IMG/VR virus record: IMGVR_UViG_3300028384_000422
Coordinates: 1-64,000 of that record
Length of the DNA stretch: 64,000 bases
Strand: one strand, 5' to 3'
Origin: a virus
Shown piece by piece: positions 17,962-28,000 of the stretch. Position 1 is the first letter of the stretch; each line of letters begins with the position of its first letter. Below the pieces are notes generated by a model, which worked only from the letters and a program-made list of their open reading frames with translations, made no database searches and was not told the DNA's origin. Position numbers and translations under genes: made by a program.

Positions 17962-19493
17962 TAGAACTCGATTACGATTTTGATGTCTTCTACTTGGTCG
18001 TTTGCACGACTAATGGATCTTCTATTATCTATATAAACAACCTGACCGCTGTTTGACTTGATCTCGGGTTTCGCATAACCATTATTGAACTTCATACCCA
18101 AATCATATTCCGTATTGTTGATTGTTCTGGAAGATGAGTTAGGAACAGCAGGGAAGTTCACGTCGGGTTGTCCAGCAGCACCAGAAGTCGCGCCACTGAT
18201 AACGTTAGAACCATCAAACTCATTTTGAGTACCTGTAACTTCAGGGAAGATACCATCAACTGCGTTCTGATAATACTTCAGAACTTTAGTTGTAGCATTC
18301 CAAGAAATAACACGAGCACGAGCGGTAACGTTTTGACCACCTACAACTCTAGTTTGAGTGATAATTTCATCAGGAACATAGTTACCTTGGAACGTAGGAG
18401 AGAAAATTACTGCTTTTGAAGCAGAAACTGTCAAGTCGGAGATAAGTTCCGATGTTCCAAACTTAAGGGGATTGGTAATCAAACCAATACGACGATAATC
18501 GTTATCGACAGGGAAGTCACCTGCACCCTCATCATAAGAGAGTTTAGCGTTGATCATGACACGAAATGCACCAATTTCAACAACTGCGTCATTACCATGT
18601 CCACCTGGAGGAGGAATGATAACGTCAACTTGACCACCTGTTCCTGTGCCGATACCAGTGATAGCATCAACACTAATTTTACCGAAAGTATATCCTGTGC
18701 CACCAGAGGTCACAGTAGCAGAAATAATTTTACCACCATCAATAACAACAGAAACACGACCACCTGTTCCGTCACCATTGATAGCAACGTTATCATATGT
18801 GCCGTTGTTATAACCAGAACCAGCAGAGTTGATTACAACAGTATCAACTTCACCCGAAACAGCGTTAGTTTGAACTGCAGAGTTCGTAAACACTGGCATG
18901 TAGTCATTGGAGAAGAACTTCAAGACCGATGCAACAGGGATAGTATACATATACTTCCAACGATAACCATCACCAGTAGTAATAATAGATGTTGAAGTAC
19001 CTGTAGGTTCAACAGTAGAAGGTTTGCCGTTAGGGTCAGATGGAGAAGTGCCATTGTAAATGCACTTGTAGACCTGATACTGTGAGTTTACGACATAGAA
19101 GTCGGAATCATACAGTTTTGTGGCACCAGAGGCAGCAGTCTTACTAGGAGAATAATCGTGACGATACATGTCATAGGTGAAACCCAAACCACCAGTGGTT
19201 TGTTCGGGAGAAACCCAGTCAATACGACGAACGACCTGAACTGTATCCGAAGCGAGGACTCTCTTCAGAGAGATCATGTCGTCATAGGAACCAGAAAATT
19301 CGGAAAACGAATCGACCGCTTGAGGCGGAGAGTTTTCGTTATCCCATGTTTGGGGACGACCAATGAACAGATACAAACGATCTCTCGTTGTTCCTGCATC
19401 GTCATCACTTTGTGTAGCATTAGGACCCTCTAAGGCTTTAATAAATTTCTTAGATGAAAAAATCCTAAATTGATCAGTTAAAAGAGCTGCCAT
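17961..19493 (-). CDS. gp8: Baseplate wedge subunit (T4 gp8-like)
   Basis: LYLFIGRPQTW, YDMYRHDYS, VYKCIYNG, DGYRWKYMY, PPGGHG, YIDNR, EDIKIVIEF; AGGAGG RBS upstream. Confidence 0.92.
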   Translation of the reverse strand: MAALLTDQFRIFSSKKFIKALEGPNATQSDDDAGTTRDRLYLFIGRPQTWDNENSPPQAVDSFSEFSGSYDDMISLKRVLASDTVQVVRRIDWVSPEQTTGGLGFTYDMYRHDYSPSKTAASGATKLYDSDFYVVNSQYQVYKCIYNGTSPSDPNGKPSTVEPTGTSTSIITTGDGYRWKYMYTIPVASVLKFFSNDYMPVFTNSAVQTNAVSGEVDTVVINSAGSGYNNGTYDNVAINGDGTGGRVSVVIDGGKIISATVTSGGTGYTFGKISVDAITGIGTGTGGQVDVIIPPPGGHGNDAVVEIGAFRVMINAKLSYDEGAGDFPVDNDYRRIGLITNPLKFGTSELISDLTVSASKAVIFSPTFQGNYVPDEIITQTRVVGGQNVTARARVISWNATTKVLKYYQNAVDGIFPEVTGTQNEFDGSNVISGATSGAAGQPDVNFPAVPNSSSRTINNTEYDLGMKFNNGYAKPEIKSNSGQVVYIDNRRSISRANDQVEDIKIVIEF

Positions 19494-19518
19494 GTCCTTC
19501 GACTATTGTCCTCCTGTT

Positions 19519-19525
19519 TATTTAT
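19519..19525 (-). promoter_or_regulatory. T4-like late promoter (ATAAATA)
   Basis: Intergenic, immediately upstream of the AGGAGG RBS of gp8. Confidence 0.8.
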
Positions 19526-19527
19526 GT

Positions 19528-22500
19528 CTATTTGGAACGGATGATTGTTTGGTAATCGATCTTCTTGATTCTATATGATGCACCAGCATTACCATTAATC
19601 AATTCACCACCAAGAATTGCTTGTGCAACCGCTCCACTACCTGTAGTGTCGCCACCAGCATTGGTGAAAGTAACAGTTGGGTGAATATTGTAAGTTCCAT
19701 CAATCGTTTGAGGAATACCATATCCACCATTCGTAACGGTAAGAGATTGAACTTGGTCTCCAGCAGTTGTCATATTCACTGTTGCAGTTGCCTGAATATC
19801 ACCTGTGTTTTCAATCGCAACCGTTGGAGTTCCTGTGTAGTTAGTTCCTGCATTTTGAATTAAGAAATCGACAATAGTATTCTTTTCTGAGAACTCATAC
19901 AAATATCCAGCAATACCAACATTAATATTATTCGTATTGAATGGAATAACATCTTGTACTACCAAGATACCAGTTTGAGCACTCCAAGAAACTACTGTAC
20001 CTCTCACACCACTAATTGCACCAGTAACAACTTCATTCGTGCTGTAATTTTGACCGTTTCCTGTTGTAAGATCAACAGTAATACTTAAGGTTGCGACGTG
20101 TTGAACACCGTCACTCAATCCGCCTGCTTCAATAATAGTTGCATATCTAAATGGGATCGAAGCATCCTTGATACTGTCACCAACTTGGAACAGAGTAGTG
20201 TTTTGACCACCTTGAGTCTCTTCAATACCATACAGGGAACTAAAGATACCACCATCAAGACTAATTTGGTTTTCATAGTCTGTTCCTGTATTTACCAAGT
20301 CTGCAATACCATCTCCTAAGAATGTTCCAGGATTATTAGGATCTTCATTTTCATCATCGTCTTGGAATTTTCTATCTTGTAAAGTAGAGATAGGAACAGT
20401 TAATAATGTAATGGTTGAACCAGTTTCGGTTTCGATAATATGTGGTTGATATGAACTATTAGCACTAGCAGCAACACCAGCGTCAAACTGTACAATAGCA
20501 TCTTCAGTAGAAGGAATACCCGCATCGATAAAAGCAAGTTCATCAACTTCAAAAGTGACTAATAGTTCTCTTGAATTTGGATTCCAATCGTATACCTTAG
20601 CAACTTTGTTGTTTGCATTGTCAACACGACGAACAACTCGGTCACCAACGTTATACAGGTAAGTAGATACTCCTTCAGGTGTATTCTGTCCTGTATCTAG
20701 AACAACTCTCTGATCATAGTTAAAGTTTACACCTCTAGTCAGACCAGTAAATCTACCTTCACTCTTAGCAGTATAAGAAATAGTTTCTGCATCAACAATA
20801 ATTTCACCAGAACCAGGATATGCATCAGTAGAATCTACATAAATCTCACTATCTGTAGAACTAAGTGTTTTAACAAGTCCAGTAAGATAGATCGCAGATG
20901 CATTAAGTGCCTGACGTGCTCTGGTTTTACGTTTAAGTTGAACTAACTTAGTAAAGATAATATTGGGTGGAGAAGTATATCCTTTTCCAGGATCGATAAT
21001 ATTAATTCCAGTGATTTGTCCTTGGAAAATAGTTGCTTCTGCTTTTGCACCAAGACCACCGCCACCACTAATAAGAATAAAGGGAGGTTCTTGATAGAAC
21101 TCACCAGCATCTACGATATTGATATTAGTAACTTTGCCTAAGGTATCGATTTCTGCAGCACCTTGAGCACCTTGTCCACCACCACCTTCAAAGATAAGTG
21201 TCGGAGGTGTGGCGTAGTCTCTACCTGGGTTCAGCAAAGATAAACCAGTAACTGTTTGAACAGTGGGGGTTCCTGTAGCACCACTTCCCTGCCCACCAAG
21301 AATTTTTGCTTTTGCTGAACCAAAGAAGTTATCACCAGTTTTAGTCATCTTAATATAAGAGACTTGACCTGGATTATCAGTACTTAAAACAACTTCACCT
21401 GCAGCTTCGGTTGGGAATTGAGAAACTAAATCAGGGACTGTATCACCCTCAAATAGAGGAATACCATAATATTCAGGACCAATAGCATATGGATATACTG
21501 GATTGCCACTACCATCTTCAGTCATAAAATATGCATAAGTTCCGTCTGGATAATCGGGAGTAACAGCATATCTACCGTTGTACTGATCAAGAGTTCCTAC
21601 GGAAGAATCGTAAATAAAATCAGTAATTAAATCACCTAACAAATATCCTTCGCAAACACCTCTAACACCTGCATCCTCTTCATGATATGCATAAACATAT
21701 ATCAGACGATCAGCATCAACAGGAACTTGGAATCTAATTTCTCGTGTTGTTGCTGCAGAGAATCCAGAAACATATGCAGCATAACTCACGGCAGAACCAT
21801 CCAAATGATAGGTTACTGAATGAGATGCACCATAAACATAAGAAGTATCACCAACTAAAGCGCCATGCCAACCATCTTCTGTTGTAGAGAGTAATAAAAT
21901 CTGAGAAAATAATCCGTCTACGTTACTAGAATCATCTTGATTAAAGACATACGTTTTTCCTCTCAGGAATTCAATGAATGGTAGTGTTTGACCATCAAAT
22001 AAGAATTTATCATTTGCAAAAGTAACAGCATAAGTTACTGTTCCTGCAGTAACAACTTCTGGTCTGGCACCAGATAATTCTGCAGTTGTTTTCAATCTAT
22101 AAGAACTAGATTCTCTACGAACAGTTCCACTATCCGTCTGACCCCAAGGACCATAGATGGGATATCCATCAAAAGACATACCCAAAATTTTAGAGTGCCC
22201 ATTTATATGTCGAGACTTATCGATTGTATTAAGATCGTTAGAATTGGGTTGATAATAATTTTTTGTATAGTAATTATTAGCATGATCCTCTTCTTCTACA
22301 GTAGGATCGAGAACCATATATCCTTCATCGCCAGTATAACCCGACATATAGCGATGATTTTTACAATAGTAATAGATACGATTTGATTCATCCGAATTCA
22401 TAATGAATAACGGTTGATATTCGTTTTCGTAATCAGTTGACCAGTTTTCAGTAACTCCTGTGCTGTTATAGTACAGAGTTCCTCCATTCAACAGACCATC

Positions 22501-23727
22501 CTGAGTTGTGCTGAACTGCATTGGGTGTCCAACACCATGTTGGTTAGATGAATCAGATTGATTCCATCTAATTAAGTAATTTCTTTGAACTCTAATATTT
22601 TCTGGTGCAAAATAATATCTACCTGGGATAAAATCACCAAACTCTTCTGCATCAGATCCAAAATCAATATAAAAAATACCGTTAGGGAAAGTAATAGGAT
22701 CATCATCAATACGAAATTGGAATCCATTAGCACCCAACAGTAAATCGTCTTCAGCAAAAGGACCGTTAACAATATTTCTAATATAAACCTTTGTTGGATT
22801 ATTCTGAGAGTCTCTAACAATCTTAGCGATAAACCCATAGGCATTACCACCAACTTCATCGACTCTTCTACCAACTTCAAGATTACCTAAACTCTGATCT
22901 AATGAGTTGGGAGTAATATTAACTAAAATATTGTCAAATTCTACTTTGATATTCCAGGTGAAAATTTCAATATCACCCCAATCAAAAACACTATTACCTA
23001 ATTTAAATTCATCAATTAACTTATTTGTCTGGTAATAATATGTTTGTGAATCATTGACAGCACCATAGACATTCATATTCTTCAGATAAGAATATTTTGG
23101 TGCGTTGATTGGGAAATTGACCTGTGCATTACCATCAAGACCCCAATCAGGAGTATGAAGTAAAACACCATTTGACATGATGCCAGTTACTTTATTGCGC
23201 TGCTCATCTCTAGTTCCTGGATTAGGAACATCTTTACCGCCTCGGTAAATAAAGGTTTGGTCAAATGTTCTATCTAAGATAGTAGTAGATCCACCAGGTT
23301 CTCTCTCTGCCATAACAAACAGAGATGGTTTGGGATGATTATCAGATACAATACGAAGTCTATCTGTATCGGCATTAAATGATCCAGTAGTTGGAGAATT
23401 TGGATGAGTTTGCCAGATTCTATTAATATTAAAAGAATTTACTACATTAGGTGTTTCCTGTTCAGGAATAATCTTAAGTCTTAGAGGGTCATAACCTCTA
23501 CCTCTTGATAAAACACGAACGTGAACAATTCTACCCGATTCTTCATCGATAATTGGATATAACAAAGCTTCGGTTGTTGGAGTTCCACAACCTGTAATTG
23601 TCAAACGAGGAGGATCTGCTGGATCATATGAGGATCCGCCATTTATAACTCTTACCGCTCTTACACCAAATACTTCGTCAAAAATTGGTTCAATTACGGC
23701 ACCAGTACCAGGAACATTTCTTGCCAT
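19528..23727 (-). CDS. Virion structural protein with split YHYH-like domain, cupredoxin-like inserts and GxGY repeats
   Basis: 1399 aa; HSKILGMSFDGYPIYGPWG, LDQYNGRYAVTPDYPDGTYAYF; HPMQF...YYYCKNHRYM; within the baseplate cluster. Confidence 0.8.
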   Translation of the reverse strand: MARNVPGTGAVIEPIFDEVFGVRAVRVINGGSSYDPADPPRLTITGCGTPTTEALLYPIIDEESGRIVHVRVLSRGRGYDPLRLKIIPEQETPNVVNSFNINRIWQTHPNSPTTGSFNADTDRLRIVSDNHPKPSLFVMAEREPGGSTTILDRTFDQTFIYRGGKDVPNPGTRDEQRNKVTGIMSNGVLLHTPDWGLDGNAQVNFPINAPKYSYLKNMNVYGAVNDSQTYYYQTNKLIDEFKLGNSVFDWGDIEIFTWNIKVEFDNILVNITPNSLDQSLGNLEVGRRVDEVGGNAYGFIAKIVRDSQNNPTKVYIRNIVNGPFAEDDLLLGANGFQFRIDDDPITFPNGIFYIDFGSDAEEFGDFIPGRYYFAPENIRVQRNYLIRWNQSDSSNQHGVGHPMQFSTTQDGLLNGGTLYYNSTGVTENWSTDYENEYQPLFIMNSDESNRIYYYCKNHRYMSGYTGDEGYMVLDPTVEEEDHANNYYTKNYYQPNSNDLNTIDKSRHINGHSKILGMSFDGYPIYGPWGQTDSGTVRRESSSYRLKTTAELSGARPEVVTAGTVTYAVTFANDKFLFDGQTLPFIEFLRGKTYVFNQDDSSNVDGLFSQILLLSTTEDGWHGALVGDTSYVYGASHSVTYHLDGSAVSYAAYVSGFSAATTREIRFQVPVDADRLIYVYAYHEEDAGVRGVCEGYLLGDLITDFIYDSSVGTLDQYNGRYAVTPDYPDGTYAYFMTEDGSGNPVYPYAIGPEYYGIPLFEGDTVPDLVSQFPTEAAGEVVLSTDNPGQVSYIKMTKTGDNFFGSAKAKILGGQGSGATGTPTVQTVTGLSLLNPGRDYATPPTLIFEGGGGQGAQGAAEIDTLGKVTNINIVDAGEFYQEPPFILISGGGGLGAKAEATIFQGQITGINIIDPGKGYTSPPNIIFTKLVQLKRKTRARQALNASAIYLTGLVKTLSSTDSEIYVDSTDAYPGSGEIIVDAETISYTAKSEGRFTGLTRGVNFNYDQRVVLDTGQNTPEGVSTYLYNVGDRVVRRVDNANNKVAKVYDWNPNSRELLVTFEVDELAFIDAGIPSTEDAIVQFDAGVAASANSSYQPHIIETETGSTITLLTVPISTLQDRKFQDDDENEDPNNPGTFLGDGIADLVNTGTDYENQISLDGGIFSSLYGIEETQGGQNTTLFQVGDSIKDASIPFRYATIIEAGGLSDGVQHVATLSITVDLTTGNGQNYSTNEVVTGAISGVRGTVVSWSAQTGILVVQDVIPFNTNNINVGIAGYLYEFSEKNTIVDFLIQNAGTNYTGTPTVAIENTGDIQATATVNMTTAGDQVQSLTVTNGGYGIPQTIDGTYNIHPTVTFTNAGGDTTGSGAVAQAILGGELINGNAGASYRIKKIDYQTIIRSK

Positions 23728-23739
23728 TTAGTGTCAACC

Positions 23740-24978
23740 TTATGCTACGTTAATTGTGCCTTGCATTTGCGCGTGGAGGGTACACTGATAATACAGCGTT
23801 GAGGGAGCATCGAGAGGAACTGTCCAATAAAGAATTGTAGAACCACTACCCGTTTGACCTGTCGTATATGCAGTTCCACTCAATCCCTGAGTAGATTGAA
23901 TTCTAAACGGGTGACCACCACCTTCAACACTATTATCAAATGCGTAAGTGAATCCTCTATAAACATACAGCGTTGGGTCACGATTGTCACCAGCAGGGAG
24001 TCCAGGTCCATTGATCAAATAGTCACTACTAGCATTTTCTACAGGAACGTTCAGTTCATACCAAAGCATTGGACTACCACCTGGGGATCTAACCCAATCC
24101 GTGCCATTCCAATAAATGTTATCGCCCTGTGTCAGACCAGTAGTATCAGTATCAGTTAAGTTGGCAAATGTAGTTGTAAGAGTTCCACTAAAATCAACAG
24201 TTACAGTATCACCAGAAACTGTTGTTGTAATATTCGTTCCACCCGCAATAGTCAGTGTATCGGTTTGACTATTAGCAGTTGTATTTCCAGTATCACCTGC
24301 AATTGTTTGGAATACGTTAATAGAGGACACACCAGCAACGTCATCACCAGGAACCCAAGTAGATCCATTCCACTTAAGTACTTGGTTTAATGTAGGAACA
24401 TTGGTAGTAGTGTCAACATCATTCAAAAGATTGATACTAGAATATTGTGTCAACAATGTTGCTCTAGTATCACCAACACCACCCGCAGTAATATTGATAT
24501 TTACATAGGGATTATCATCACCATCAACAGTGAAGTAATACCCAGGATAAGATGCTGCAGCTGGTGCTGCGGCAAGACTAGCATATTCATTCTTATATTT
24601 TACCGTCGTAGGTAAATCAATACCTTCTCCTGTAGTTCCACCAAACGTAGAAGTAATACCACCTGCCGCCAATGTAATATCACCAGTTCCATTTGCTGCC
24701 ACAGCAATATTTCCGTTAGACGATGAAATAATTGAATTATTATTTACATCTAACGCCGCAGTCAGGTTTGTGAAATCGGAAGGTAGAAAACTAGTTCCGT
24801 TATATCTCAATACCTGACCAACAGCAGGGTTAGCAACACTTAATTGAGTGTTAGAACCATTGCCGATGGCAGTATAAAGTTCAGTGAAATTATCATTGAT
24901 CTTATCGCCGCCAGCACGGAGGGTGTCCCCCGTGTTGTCATTAGCGGCAGTACCAAGATTAAGTGCCTGTTTAGCCAT
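23740..24978 (-). CDS. Baseplate wedge/tail-fibre connector (T4 gp9/gp10-type N-terminus) with C-terminal cupredoxin-like domain
   Basis: MAKQALNLGTAANDNTGDTLRAGGDKINDNFTELY is the gp9/gp10-type N-terminal signature; C-terminus GHPFRIQ...LYYQCTLHAQMQGTINV. Confidence 0.82.
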   Translation of the reverse strand: MAKQALNLGTAANDNTGDTLRAGGDKINDNFTELYTAIGNGSNTQLSVANPAVGQVLRYNGTSFLPSDFTNLTAALDVNNNSIISSSNGNIAVAANGTGDITLAAGGITSTFGGTTGEGIDLPTTVKYKNEYASLAAAPAAASYPGYYFTVDGDDNPYVNINITAGGVGDTRATLLTQYSSINLLNDVDTTTNVPTLNQVLKWNGSTWVPGDDVAGVSSINVFQTIAGDTGNTTANSQTDTLTIAGGTNITTTVSGDTVTVDFSGTLTTTFANLTDTDTTGLTQGDNIYWNGTDWVRSPGGSPMLWYELNVPVENASSDYLINGPGLPAGDNRDPTLYVYRGFTYAFDNSVEGGGHPFRIQSTQGLSGTAYTTGQTGSGSTILYWTVPLDAPSTLYYQCTLHAQMQGTINVA

Positions 24979-24998
24979 TACTCACTAAGTTTTTTAGT

Positions 24999-25006
24999 TA
25001 TTTATA
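24999..25006 (-). promoter_or_regulatory. T4 late promoter (TATAAATA, perfect consensus)
   Basis: Overlaps the stop codon of the giant gene, 20 nt upstream of the ATG at 24978. Confidence 0.85.
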
Positions 25007-28000
25007 GGATCTCTGGATCAACTGCTTCTTCTCCGTAATCCGCAAGATTTGGAGCGGTCCAATCGTCGGGGACAGTTGTTTCAACATCAATGCCTGGGTT
25101 CTGATATCCAGATCCAGCATTACTCATCTCAACACCCGAAACACCAACCAGCGCCTTAATATTACCATCGAATCCAGAGATAGAGTCGATTCTCACTGTA
25201 GGTCTGGAAGTATATCCAGAACCACCACCAGTAACCTGAACATCATCAATAAATCCAGAAGTGATTTGAGCCTGTGCGAGTGCATCTTGACCAAAGACAG
25301 ATCCCAGATAATCGAAAGTGATCAAAGAGTTAGAAGACTCAATAACAGCAACTTCACGATCATCGGTTTCACCCTGAATTCTGATGAAATCACCAGGTTC
25401 AACGGGAGGAACAACTTCAGCAGCATCAACGTCTGCTTCAGAACCAACGTAAGAGAAGGCAACAAATGTAGATCCGAATCTAGGAATTTCGGAGAAGATG
25501 ATTCTAGAACCAACAATCTCAAAACCAATTCCAGGTTCCTGGATAACACCATTGAGAGAAACAATGATGTTATTTTCAGGTCTAATAACACTAGATTGTA
25601 CACCGTCCGTAAGTGTAAGTGAGTAGAATACTTCGTTACGCTTAAGGTTAAAGGACTGACGTAAAGAGTCAAACTCAAACGAAATATCGTCAAGTTGTCT
25701 CAGTTTACCAACATAGAATCCAGTGAACGATGCACCAATATCGGGTGCTTCAGTGAACTGAATTTGATTGGAGAATGCTGTATATGCATTGGTAGCGCCA
25801 GGAGGTTGCAAAATACCATTGATGAATACCAACAGATGACCAGCAGGATCTGGTAGATAAGATGTTCCGTTTTCAATAGTAAGATCGAAGTTTGTCTGTG
25901 TGCCATCGAAACCTTTGGAAGAACGCTTAACGCGAGCCTTAAGATCTTCTTTAGAAGTAATAACTGACTTATAATTATCGGCAGACTTGATACCATCTCT
26001 AGTAGTAAATGTTCCTGCGATATCACTTAGATACAGACGTTTCTGTGTGCCAACCGTCTTAACGTCTTGAATAAGAGCGGCAGCGGCACCTGCGGTTACG
26101 ACTCTGGTTGTGATAGAAGCATAACCAACGGGGAAGTTACCAGCAAGACCATAATCACCAACAACATCACCATTTGTTAATTCACCCTGGAAATCGACCG
26201 CGTAAATGTAGTTATTGTCAAGGTCAACTTCGGTAATAATTGCATATACAGAAGAAACTTGATTACCACTAACAACCTTATACAGTCTGTTACCAACGGT
26301 GAATGTATTCAGATTACTAATAATACTAATACCGAATCTCACATAACCAGTAGATGCAATTCTCTGACCAATTTGAGCATTGAAACCATCATATTTGATA
26401 ACATCGATATATTGTCTGGAACTCTCTGGATATACAACAGAGTTCTTCTCGAAAGTTCCGAGTAATGTCTCTGTGTCAACTTTAAGAGTACCACCAGTAT
26501 TAGAAAGAACTGCTGCCTGATTCTTAATGAATCCAGTGGGTTGTGCAGTCTCGCCACTAGTGTAACCTTTAAACGGAATATCATTAGAGAACTCGCCTTT
26601 AAGGTCGATAATATGAATTCTATTTTCAATTGCACTAATCTGAGCAGATGTGGAGTTTTCAGCACCAACGATAATATCGGTAATTGCCCAAGGACCAGCG
26701 GTAACACGAACATCAAGATACTTATAGTTTTCATCTTCATGGAAACCATATACAACACCAGTAACAGATGGAGCACCTTGCTTAGCAACAGTCTCATTCA
26801 TCGTAAACGGTCCATCAGTGATGTCACCGTCGATACGGAAACGCTTGTAGATTTGAACAATCTTACCGCTATTTTCGTTTAATGTTTCTACTTCTGCATA
26901 TGCATTACTAGACTGACCATAGACAAAATCGGTGGTTTTAAGACCTCCTCCAAGACCAATGACTTTATCTCTTTCTCCAAATGTTTTGGTCGGCAGAGAA
27001 ATAGCGTTCTGAATATCGAGAGAAGTGAAGTAAGTTCCAGTCTTGATTTGCTGTCTAATAATATTGGTCGCATAACGAGCCAAAGCAGTAATAGAATCTG
27101 TAGTGTAATCAGATGCTGCAGTAGAACTGTAGAAACTATAGAAACCTGCATTTGTGGACGGCGATGTAAGAGTTCCTGCGAGAGCCTGTGCAATGAATCC
27201 ATCGAGCAGATCCAGAGCAAAGTTCTTGATATTAAACTCGTTATCAGAGTAGAAGATCTTACCACTGGTTGCAGTGTAAGGATCCAAAGCAAACTTGGTG
27301 AGTTTTGCACCCCAAAGGTAAATACCTGTGCTGCCATTACCAGTCCAGGACTGAGCACCAGAAGCACTATTAGCAATAATATTAGTTCTAAGAACAGAGA
27401 AACCAAAGGAGAACGTTGCAGTAATAAAGAGTCGATACCACCCATCACCAAGAGGAACCGCACCATAAGCATCACCTGTAATACCACCCTGAGGAATAAA
27501 GAGTGATCCAATAGCACCAGTACTGAGATTCAGATCAAAGAAGATATTTTGTTCTGCAGTAGTTCCATCATCCAAGATAAGACCGAATCTGACAGAAGCA
27601 GAACCTGCTGCTTTAACAAAGATGGATGATGTGAATGTTTGTGTTTCAGAAACACCTACAGCACCTGTATCAAAAGATTCATTTGTGGTGTCGAAAGTCA
27701 GTGTGCTTGAGTCAAATGTCTCAAATGCAGTCAGGTTATAATCTCTGAAAGTATCATGAATACCACCATTATTATTTGCAGCGAAAAACTTCTCTGCAGT
27801 CAATGTTCCATCAGGAGCAGAGATCGAATTATCAGTGATCAGCAGAGAGTCAACACCACCATTACTATTAACTTGCCAATTGACAGCAAGTGCTTCAGGG
27901 TTAGTAAACAGATTAGTACCAGAAACTTGACCACTGATGTTAGAAACCAATGTCTTAGCATGATCTAATGTCTGAACATTAGTAGGTTCAGAATACCAAT

